A stretch of 64,000 nt of DNA from Bacteroidota bacterium (lineage in GTDB: Bacteria; Bacteroidota; Bacteroidia; NS11-12g; UBA9320), in NCBI GenBank assembly GCA_024679565.1, contig JAIBDD010000003.1, forward strand, positions 42,773 through 106,772, written 5' to 3'. Below the pieces are notes generated by a model. That model did no database searches. It saw nothing but the letters and a program-made list of their open reading frames with translations, and was not told the origin of the DNA. This document shows positions 56,825 to 64,000 of the stretch, piece after piece. Within the stretch, counting starts at the first letter, position 1. Each line of letters begins with the position of its first letter. The position numbers and the translations under genes were made by a program.

Positions 56825-57757
56825 ATGAAGTGGTTTAAGTTAATCGTTTTGCTCGGCACAACATTCCCTAGTCTTGGTCAAACCATAACATATTTTGAAG
56901 TGTATAATGGTTGGGGATCCCGATACAGCTCTCAAAGCGAAGGAATTACTTACAGTGACTCATCGGTTAGTCAGCATTGGATTGGCAATACAACTCTTGA
57001 AATTAACCAACATAAAAATAAGTGCACAATATTTGGTTACCCAGCGCCACCAAAATACTTCCCAGTAGATGCTAATTTACTAGACGCCATATATTTCTAT
57101 GACTCGTTAACTTCGGCAGTAGAGTTTGAAATTAAAGTCACACCAGAAATAATTGAATCTCTTAATGAATCTCACAATCGTAAATACGACTGCAATGTCG
57201 ACTTCAACCAATACCCTTTTGTCATAACCTCAGACACCGTTGCACTTTTAAGAACAAGTGTCATTCCTGATTACTCAGAAATTAGTTTTATATGTGACGG
57301 AATCGGTGCGACCTTCAGTTGCATAATAGTTTATGATTACACAGATACTGTTCAACATGGAATATCAGGAAACTATGATTTGTCAAACTCCATGTATTTG
57401 GACACAACACTACCTATCTACTGTTTATTCCAGGAGTTTCCGGGTTTATTTGTTGAAGAGAACTATTTTGCTCCAGTAAAGGAATCCGAAATGGGTGACA
57501 TTATATGTCGATTCATAGATTGGAGAAATGAAGAAAAGAAAATGAAAACCGGCACAATCAGAAAAAACATACAAATCGGAAGTGAAGTAGAAATTGTTGA
57601 AAAACACAATCAACGTTCTGGCGAGCTAACAGACGGTTTTGTTGAACGCATACTAACAAAATCGCCCAACCACCCACATGGTATCAAAGTACGACTAGAA
57701 ACAGGAGAAGTTGGTCGTGTCAAGAACATTATCGAAGATCCTTTAGAAGACATATAA
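56825..57757 (+). CDS. signal-peptide protein whose C-terminal 71 aa is a YwbE-family (DUF2196-like) module
   Basis: The N-terminus is MKWFKLIVLLGTTFPSLGQ. The C-terminus is MKTGTIRKNIQIGSEVEIVEKHNQRSGELTDGFVERILTKSPNHPHGIKVRLETGEVGRV, which matches the YwbE signature (SPxHPHGIKVRL). There is no stop between the two parts. Confidence 0.6.
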   Translation: MKWFKLIVLLGTTFPSLGQTITYFEVYNGWGSRYSSQSEGITYSDSSVSQHWIGNTTLEINQHKNKCTIFGYPAPPKYFPVDANLLDAIYFYDSLTSAVEFEIKVTPEIIESLNESHNRKYDCNVDFNQYPFVITSDTVALLRTSVIPDYSEISFICDGIGATFSCIIVYDYTDTVQHGISGNYDLSNSMYLDTTLPIYCLFQEFPGLFVEENYFAPVKESEMGDIICRFIDWRNEEKKMKTGTIRKNIQIGSEVEIVEKHNQRSGELTDGFVERILTKSPNHPHGIKVRLETGEVGRVKNIIEDPLEDI

Positions 57758-57760
57758 AAC

Positions 57761-59086
57761 ATGATGAAATCAAATTTTTCAATCCTTTTAATAACCATTC
57801 TGTCAACGCTATTATTCAATAGTTGTAAAGACGACAAAGTAGACGGACAATGGTTTCCACCTACATCAAACCAACCCAATGTTTTATTGGTGATTGCTGA
57901 CGACATGAGTATTGAGGCCTGTCCTGGATACGGTATTGGAGCAACGAAGCCGAACATGCCTAACCTTCAAAAGCTAATTGATAATGGTGTGAGTTTCGAT
58001 AATTTTTGGACAAACCCCATCTGTTCTCCTACACGCGCTACCATATTATCTGGTAAATATGGATACAACTCCGGCGTGCTTGATGTGCAAGATAATGGCA
58101 CTATAAAGGCAGACGAAAAAACCTTACATCAATACATCAACGAAATATCGGGCAACGGCTATAGCCACTCCATCATTGGCAAATGGCACCTTTCACCTAG
58201 AGAGCCCAATCGGCCAACCCAAATGGGTATCGGCTATTACGCAGGTTTGTTGGGTGGTGCAGTGTCTGATTATGGTTCTTGGCAGTTTACCGAAAACGGT
58301 CAAACAACGACTTCGAATGAATACGTTACCAAAAAGTTTACGAATTTAGCTATCGATTGGATCAACGATCAAGACAAGCCATGGTTTTGTTGGTTGGCTT
58401 ACACCGCTCCGCATACCCCTTTTCACTTACCTCCTGATTCGATGCACGCACAAGGCAACTTGCCTACAGACCAGGCCAGTATTGATGCCAATCCCCTACC
58501 CTATTTTATGGCGATGATAGAAAGTGTGGATCATGAACTTGGAAGGCTTATGGACAATATCCCGTCGGATGAGCTAGACAATACGATAATTATTTTCATA
58601 GGCGACAACGGAAGTCATGGCCAAGTAATCCAAGCACCTTATGTGTCAACTCAGGCCAAAGGTTCGTTGTATGAAGGCGGGATTCATACACCAATGATTG
58701 TTTCTGGTGTCGGTGTTAATGGAGGCAGCACACGCGAACCAGCATTGGTTAGCTCGGTAGACCTATTTGCAACAATTGGAGAACTTATTGGCAGCAACGT
58801 AACGCAGTATGAAGACAGTTACAGTTTTGCCGGATTATTAGACAATTCTAATGCGCAACAAAGGGTGTTTAATTACAGCGAAGTAAACAACGACGTAGCA
58901 AATAGGGCTGGCTATACCGTACGCGATGCAACTTACAAACTCATTCAGTTCGACAGCGGAAATAGAAGGTTCTACAACCTTGTTGAAGATCCTTATGAAA
59001 CCGATAACCTAATTAACAAGCTTAGTTCAGCAGATCAAAAAGCACTGTCTGATCTTGAAGCTGAGGCGGCGCGGATAAGGGATTAG
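57761..59086 (+). CDS. sulfatase (formylglycine-dependent arylsulfatase family) lipoprotein
   Basis: Lipobox LFNSC. It has the metal site VLLVIADDM and the signature CSPTRATILSGKY. Confidence 0.9.
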   Translation: MMKSNFSILLITILSTLLFNSCKDDKVDGQWFPPTSNQPNVLLVIADDMSIEACPGYGIGATKPNMPNLQKLIDNGVSFDNFWTNPICSPTRATILSGKYGYNSGVLDVQDNGTIKADEKTLHQYINEISGNGYSHSIIGKWHLSPREPNRPTQMGIGYYAGLLGGAVSDYGSWQFTENGQTTTSNEYVTKKFTNLAIDWINDQDKPWFCWLAYTAPHTPFHLPPDSMHAQGNLPTDQASIDANPLPYFMAMIESVDHELGRLMDNIPSDELDNTIIIFIGDNGSHGQVIQAPYVSTQAKGSLYEGGIHTPMIVSGVGVNGGSTREPALVSSVDLFATIGELIGSNVTQYEDSYSFAGLLDNSNAQQRVFNYSEVNNDVANRAGYTVRDATYKLIQFDSGNRRFYNLVEDPYETDNLINKLSSADQKALSDLEAEAARIRD

Positions 59087-59088
59087 GA

Positions 59089-59137
59089 CTGAAGGATTGA
59101 ATGTCTGAATGTCTGAATGTCTGAATGTCTGAAAATA
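59089..59137 (+). repeat. GAAGGATT plus (TGAATGTC)x4 tandem repeat directly after the sulfatase stop codon
   Basis: Four exact 8-nt units span 59098-59129. They are preceded by CTGAAGGAT. The gene ends AGG GAT TAG, which resembles the repeat word. Confidence 0.9.
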
Positions 59138-59280
59138 GAATAAGTGAACGATTAATTCAACGTCAACTTCCACTTAAAAGTCTATGTTCTATGGTCTATT
59201 CTCTATATTCATTCTGCATTTCCCTAATTCCTATTGACTAATTTCTAATTCCTGCTTATCGAATGAGTGAATTTGAAAAA

Positions 59281-59313
59281 ATTATCAATTCTTAATTCTC
59301 AATTATCAATTCC
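59281..59313. repeat. AATTATCAATTC / AATTCTTAATTCT word repeat abutting the amidase stop codon
   Basis: The sequence reads ATTATCAATTCTTAATTCTCAATTATCAATTCC. It shares the 13-mer AATTCTTAATTCT with the reverse complement of 36976-36995. Confidence 0.75.
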
Positions 59314-60492
59314 CTACTCATCCATCTGTCGGAAAGCATCTTTCTGTACTCCAAGAAATAACCAATTGGCAATAGCTTGTCTGTTGTCAACAATGAGCAG
59401 TCTTTTTTGATCAAACTCATTGGTAATGTTTCCTAATTCGATATACACCGCAGATGGTTTAGATTCTCTTAACACGTATAGATCACGGGCTTTAACAACG
59501 CCCTTGTATCCTCTATTTTTCTGATGCTCTTTATACTTCGCATCGATTGTATGCAACATGGTATCGGCCGTTTCTTTGCCACTGGATGAACCTGGAAAAT
59601 GATAAAAGAAAATATCGATTTTCTCCCCTATTGATCTGGAATCCACATGAATGGCAATCATTTTTTGCAACTTGGCATTGGCTTTTTCCTTCTTGTACAA
59701 ATTATTGACTACTGCTGTACGTTGTTTTAGTCGGCGTACTTGATTGATAGGAATTTTTTGTTTGAACCAAACTACTTCGTCTTTATCGTATCCCAGATAT
59801 TCTTGGTCACGTATTCCATCATTCTCATCACGAACAATTACATACACCTTTGCGCCATGACTCAATAAATTTCGTGCAAGACGCAGCGTGACATCATAAG
59901 CATATTCATCTTCACATAAATAATTACCATCTTTTTTGGTCATCGCTCCAGGGTCTGGACCGCCGTGCCCACTAACCAAGTAATAGACACAACCTGCTAA
60001 TGTTTCGTCTTCCACAGTAATCTCCTCATACGCTTTACCAAGAATAGGAATCTTCATTGTGTAAGACTTAAAATCAGACGTTGTCGGAACACAGTATAAC
60101 TCGTGATACGGCACCCATAACTTATTATCGTCTTTGTAATTAGCTTTCTTTATGCCGCTTTCGACCAATGCTTCATTGAACTTTTGAATACGAAGTGCTT
60201 TGTCATAATCGTCAATCCCCATGGTGTTACGAATCGTGCCACCCGTATAGTTATACACCTTTAAAGGCAGTTTATATTTCTTTTCAAGAATGAGGTAATC
60301 TGTTGGCCCTAGCTTATTTAACGCAAGAAATGAATCTAGGTTACAATTGCTTTGATGCAGTTTATAGCGACTAAGAAGGGTTTGGATACCGTCGCCTTTA
60401 TTTACTTCAACAGTAAGGTTGGTTTGTGCATTAACCGATATACATGCGGTAACAATAACCGCCAAAAAAAGTGTTTTAAGTCTCCCACCCAT
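59314..60492 (-). CDS. N-acetylmuramoyl-L-alanine amidase (Amidase_3) with a LysM-like N-terminal region
   Basis: Motifs YLVSGHGGPDPGA, IAIHVDS and YIELGNITN. I chose the ATG at 60492 (MGGRLKTLFLAV), which gives a signal peptide. Confidence 0.82.
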   Translation of the reverse strand: MGGRLKTLFLAVIVTACISVNAQTNLTVEVNKGDGIQTLLSRYKLHQSNCNLDSFLALNKLGPTDYLILEKKYKLPLKVYNYTGGTIRNTMGIDDYDKALRIQKFNEALVESGIKKANYKDDNKLWVPYHELYCVPTTSDFKSYTMKIPILGKAYEEITVEDETLAGCVYYLVSGHGGPDPGAMTKKDGNYLCEDEYAYDVTLRLARNLLSHGAKVYVIVRDENDGIRDQEYLGYDKDEVVWFKQKIPINQVRRLKQRTAVVNNLYKKEKANAKLQKMIAIHVDSRSIGEKIDIFFYHFPGSSSGKETADTMLHTIDAKYKEHQKNRGYKGVVKARDLYVLRESKPSAVYIELGNITNEFDQKRLLIVDNRQAIANWLFLGVQKDAFRQMDE

Positions 60493-61147
60493 ATTTGCCC
60501 AGCAAAGGCACGAATTTAAATTCTCCATGTTCCGTACGTTCATATTTGTTTTCAACAACCTTTTTGATCAGTACCATTTTTTGGATTGATCGATCACCCA
60601 TCGGCACAACAAGTTTGCCGCCTGGTTTTAATTGTACCTTCAATTGTTCTGCCAAACTATTTCCTCCAGCAGTTACTACGATCCCATCAAAAGGTCCTTT
60701 TGATGGCAAACCGATTGTACCATCACCAAGAAAACAGTGAATTGGCACTTTCAATTTCGAAAACAATTGACTCGTAGATTTGAACAGCGCCTCGATACGT
60801 TCGATGGTAAAAACGGTCGCTCCTAATTGCGCAAGGATAGCTGCCTGATATCCACTTCCTGTTCCTATCTCAAGTATAACGTCGCCTGGTTGTATGTTGA
60901 GTAATTGTGTTTGACACGCCACAGTGTACGGTTGAGAGATTGTTTGACCACTACCGATTGGAAACGCTTTATCGTCGTAAGCATTGTCCCAAAAGTCTTT
61001 TGGAAAAAAGTAATGACGCGGAACCAGGCCAATGGCTTCCAAGACCTTTTCGTCACGTATTCCCTTATTTCTAAGCGCTTCAACCAATCGTTTGCGCATT
61101 CCCTTGTGTTTAAAAGAATCTTCCAAAGTGTATTTTATTTTTGACAA
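60476..61147 (-). CDS. pcm: protein-L-isoaspartate O-methyltransferase
   Basis: Motifs GQTISQPYTVA and VLEIGTGSGYQAA. Confidence 0.9.
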   Translation of the reverse strand: MSKIKYTLEDSFKHKGMRKRLVEALRNKGIRDEKVLEAIGLVPRHYFFPKDFWDNAYDDKAFPIGSGQTISQPYTVACQTQLLNIQPGDVILEIGTGSGYQAAILAQLGATVFTIERIEALFKSTSQLFSKLKVPIHCFLGDGTIGLPSKGPFDGIVVTAGGNSLAEQLKVQLKPGGKLVVPMGDRSIQKMVLIKKVVENKYERTEHGEFKFVPLLGKYGWET

Positions 61148-61209
61148 CTACTGAAAACATTATTTCATACACCCCTAATTAAAAATTTACTTCGCAAGTG
61201 TATTTCTGA

Positions 61210-62172
61210 ATGCAAATAAATTCAAAAACACTGAATGTTGGCGTAATTGGTAAAGGGAACTTTACCGATGAAACGCTACGAATATTTTTAGATAGAAAAA
61301 TGTTCGGGTTGTGCTGCGGTCTTCAAAGTCACAAATTTGAAAATCTGCTACCGCTAAGAAATTATGAAGAACTAGACAAAACGGTTGATGCCGTGATGAT
61401 TTTTGACCCGGCGTTTTGTCTGTACGAAAATCTAGTTGAAGTAATTAAAAGTTGTAAGCATGTATTCATTACCGATACATCGCATATGACCAAGCATCAA
61501 CTCAAACGAATTGCTAACTACGCAGCAGAAGCTGGTGTCCACGTTCAAGTGAGTAACGGATTGCGATTTGAACATATCCATACAGAAATCAAAGACCTAG
61601 AGTTAGAGCCGCGTATCATAGAATGCAGCCACTACTTAAAACGTCCTGAAAATAAAAAGGAGAAGATCTCTTTAATCAATGACATTTTACTACCTGATAT
61701 TGATATTGTACTGTCTTTGGCTAACTCCAGAGTTAAGCATGTATCGGCTACAGGTGTTGGCGTTTTGTTTGACGACCCTGACGTGGTTAATGCGCGCATC
61801 GAGTTCTATAACGGTTGTGTTGCCACAATATCTACCAGTAAAATTGCCGATAAGGAAGTTCATAAAATAAGATTCTTCCAAAACAATAATTATCACACAC
61901 TCAACTTCCAAAACCAAAGCTTACGTATCTTAACAGGTAATGAAACACCTGAGGATATGGCTGAAATTAGTGTTGAGGAGCAAATGGACGATCAAACAAA
62001 CTTTCATAAAAGCGTAAATCGTCAAGAAATCTTAGAAAAAGAAATAGAATCTTTCTACTATTGCATCGTTTTAGGGACTGAACCCGTTCTTAGCTTATCA
62101 GAGTTTATTGAATCTCGTGATGTAGCCGACCGGATTATAGATCAGCTCGAACGAAATTTTAGCCGGAAATGA
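61210..62172 (+). CDS. Gfo/Idh/MocA-like oxidoreductase (weak)
   Basis: The N-terminus is Rossmann-like (VGVIGKGNF) and the overall size fits. Motif support is weak. Confidence 0.45.
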   Translation: MQINSKTLNVGVIGKGNFTDETLRIFLDRKMFGLCCGLQSHKFENLLPLRNYEELDKTVDAVMIFDPAFCLYENLVEVIKSCKHVFITDTSHMTKHQLKRIANYAAEAGVHVQVSNGLRFEHIHTEIKDLELEPRIIECSHYLKRPENKKEKISLINDILLPDIDIVLSLANSRVKHVSATGVGVLFDDPDVVNARIEFYNGCVATISTSKIADKEVHKIRFFQNNNYHTLNFQNQSLRILTGNETPEDMAEISVEEQMDDQTNFHKSVNRQEILEKEIESFYYCIVLGTEPVLSLSEFIESRDVADRIIDQLERNFSRK

Positions 62173-63092
62173 TAAAAATCGCTGCAAAGCCTTCTACCTT
62201 TTTTAAACCCTTTCAAACTATTCTACTTGCGTTCGTTGTAATCGCATTGAATGCTTGTAATGTATTTGATCGAGAAGAACCTACACCTGTTTACTTTTTC
62301 ATCGACAACTTCGAACTTGAAACCAAGTCTGACAATAGCCAAGGAAGCAATGCACACGACATTAGAGACGCCTGGGTTTATGTTGATGGTCAGCTTGTTG
62401 GTGCATTCGAAGTTCCAGTGACCGTACCTATAATAGCCAGTGATACTGTTCTTGTAACCATCTTAGCAGGCGTAAAGAAGAATGGCCGGTCAGATGATCG
62501 CGAGATATATCCATACTACCGTGCCATCCAAGATACGTTAATCGTAACTCCTGGAAATATAGATTCGTTTTTTCCTAAGATTAGTTACCACGATTCAACA
62601 GAGTTTAAATGGATTGAAGATTTTGAAGACCGTACAATAAGTTTTGAACCAAGTGGAGTGGATATAGAAGAAGATTCTATCCGTTTAACTTTCGACGCCA
62701 ATGAAGTGTTTAATCACAGTGCTTTGAATCAAGTTTCTGGATATGTAGAATTTGATTCCATCAATCAAAGATTTGAAAACTCAACCATTAGCAAGTTCAC
62801 TATTCCGAGTAATTCATCAACCTATTTAGAAATGAATTACAATTTAGAATCGGAAGCGCAAATTGGCTTCTACGCATACACACAAGGCGGAGACCTTATC
62901 GACCGCGTTAATGTCTTATACTTATTTAAGACAAGTGGCGAATGGAAAAAGAGTTATATAAGTTTAAATGAGGACATGAGTGACCCTCGATTTGCCAACG
63001 CCACCTTTAAAATATTTATTTACGCAAAGAATTTTTCGGATAATCCAAACGCACGACTTTATTTTGACAATCTAAAGTTGTTGCATTTTTGA
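62169..63092 (+). CDS. hypothetical lipoprotein
   Basis: Lipobox ALNAC. ATGA overlap with the upstream gene. I recognise no family. Confidence 0.45.
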   Translation: MIKIAAKPSTFFKPFQTILLAFVVIALNACNVFDREEPTPVYFFIDNFELETKSDNSQGSNAHDIRDAWVYVDGQLVGAFEVPVTVPIIASDTVLVTILAGVKKNGRSDDREIYPYYRAIQDTLIVTPGNIDSFFPKISYHDSTEFKWIEDFEDRTISFEPSGVDIEEDSIRLTFDANEVFNHSALNQVSGYVEFDSINQRFENSTISKFTIPSNSSTYLEMNYNLESEAQIGFYAYTQGGDLIDRVNVLYLFKTSGEWKKSYISLNEDMSDPRFANATFKIFIYAKNFSDNPNARLYFDNLKLLHF

Positions 63093-64000
63093 AACTTCGA
63101 TATTACAAACTCCTCTATTTCCTTTCAGATTTAACGTCTGGAGCAATATCGTGGCTCTTATTCTATTTCTACCGATCACATTTTTTAGAGCACAAGGCTT
63201 ATGAGAATGGTCTGAACGACCCAAAGCTTTACCTTGGCTTGGTGTGTATCCCATTGTTTTGGGTATTCGCCTTTTATCTGTACGGGCAATACCAAGAGGT
63301 TTTACGTAAATCAAGGTTAAAAGAATTGAGTCAGGTACTTATCGTCAGTTTTTTTGGTTGCTTGGTTTTGTTTTTCGGTGTCCTCCTTGATGACGAAGTA
63401 CTTGCTTATACAGAATATTACAACTCTTTTGTAGTTCTTTTTGGCTTTCACTTTGGGATTACGGAACTCTTTCGATTCATCCTTACTACAAGCATTGGAA
63501 ATCGCATTAAAACACGACGTATTGGTTTCAATACTGTTCTAATCGGATCAGATGAAAAAGCATTTGCACTTTACCAAGATTTAGAAAATGCCAAAAAAAG
63601 TGAAGGTTATCTTTTTAAAGGATATGTCAACGTAAATGGGGAAGACAGAGGATTGTTTGTAAACAAACTGGACCACCTGGGTTCCTACACTTCCTTGTCG
63701 ACTGTTATAGAAAACAAAGAGATTGAAGAAGCCATCATCGCCATAGAGACGAGTGAACACAGTAAGATTAACAAAATTATCGATCAGCTTAGCGGTAGTG
63801 GTGTAAACATTAAAATTATTCCAGACATGTACGACATCCTTTCTGGAAGCGTGCGTATCAACAATATTTTAGGGGCACTATTAATACAGATTAGTCCGTA
63901 CCTGATGCCAGATTGGCAAAAGAGTGTAAAGCGTTTTTTGGACATCTTCATATCCATGCTCGCATTGATCATTGGTTTCCCGGTGTTATTTATCATTGCC
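63089..64000 (+). CDS. polyprenyl-phosphate sugar phosphotransferase (WbaP/EpsB-like bacterial sugar transferase), 3' end off the window
   Basis: This ORF is not in the ORF track because it has no stop. My translation of the frame gives KLRYYKLLYFLSDL..., TM helices, a CoA-binding-like middle region (IGFNTVLIGSDEKA) and the transferase start KSVKRFLDIFISMLALIIGFPVLFIIA. The putative TTG start at 63089 is uncertain. Confidence 0.75.
   Translation, partial: MKLRYYKLLYFLSDLTSGAISWLLFYFYRSHFLEHKAYENGLNDPKLYLGLVCIPLFWVFAFYLYGQYQEVLRKSRLKELSQVLIVSFFGCLVLFFGVLLDDEVLAYTEYYNSFVVLFGFHFGITELFRFILTTSIGNRIKTRRIGFNTVLIGSDEKAFALYQDLENAKKSEGYLFKGYVNVNGEDRGLFVNKLDHLGSYTSLSTVIENKEIEEAIIAIETSEHSKINKIIDQLSGSGVNIKIIPDMYDILSGSVRINNILGALLIQISPYLMPDWQKSVKRFLDIFISMLALIIGFPVLFIIA

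Noticed and set aside
59098-59129. Could the short tandem repeats be CRISPR arrays?
   Set aside because: The units are 8-14 nt with no unique spacers between them, far below CRISPR repeat and spacer sizes. No cas genes are in the window.
63072-63314. An 80-aa minus-strand ORF after the lipoprotein gene.
   Set aside because: It lies entirely antisense to the 5' part of the sugar-transferase CDS, which has clear family signatures further downstream.
1-64000. Search for a defence island, prophage, IS element, integrase or toxin-antitoxin pair.
   Set aside because: I recognised no transposase, integrase, RT, nuclease/helicase pair, restriction-modification or phage structural signature in any ORF of at least 60 aa. 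Gene content and tight operon packing look like core chromosome.

Overview
This 64 kb window looks like a chromosomal core region of a Bacteroidota (Flavobacteriia-like) genome, roughly 40% GC by eye. I support about 60 protein genes, nearly all housekeeping or envelope functions. They include an OmpA/PD40 protein, pyrR-coaE-yajC-DUF1573-nusB, an AlaDH-family enzyme, a LysM lytic transglycosylase and purN. A split transketolase is interrupted by a secreted vWA gene, followed by dapD. There is a complete heme-copper oxidase locus (subunits II and I, ctaA, cyoE, two subunit-III-like genes, subunit IV, SCO, DUF420) with three uncharacterised genes behind it. Further genes are recA, exbB-exbD-tonB-like, folC, proline dehydrogenase, two L,D-transpeptidases, hppA, a 1909-aa T9SS-secreted repeat protein, lepA, a sulfatase, an amidase, pcm, and the start of a polysaccharide locus (a sugar transferase running off the 3' edge). 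I found no rRNA, tRNA, CRISPR array, transposase, integrase, phage gene or recognisable defence system, and no convincing novel multi-gene system. The most unusual observations are: (1) the membrane pyrophosphatase carries a 96-aa Cys/Lys-rich C-terminal tail; (2) the giant T9SS protein contains 14 tandem 51-aa two-cysteine repeats of two subtypes; (3) stop-codon-rich short tandem 'word' repeats (GAATGTCT/GAAGGATT, TTAATCATTAAT, AATTCTTAATTCT and others) begin at or overlap gene stop codons in many 3' spacers; (4) a GC-rich ORF-free island after lepA is bounded by AT-rich hairpins and shares a 40-nt segment with another spacer; (5) a lipoprotein gene is broken by one in-frame stop and one frameshift; (6) a YwbE-like module is in frame with a signal-peptide protein. 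All functional calls rest on motifs I recognised in the supplied translations. No database search was run.
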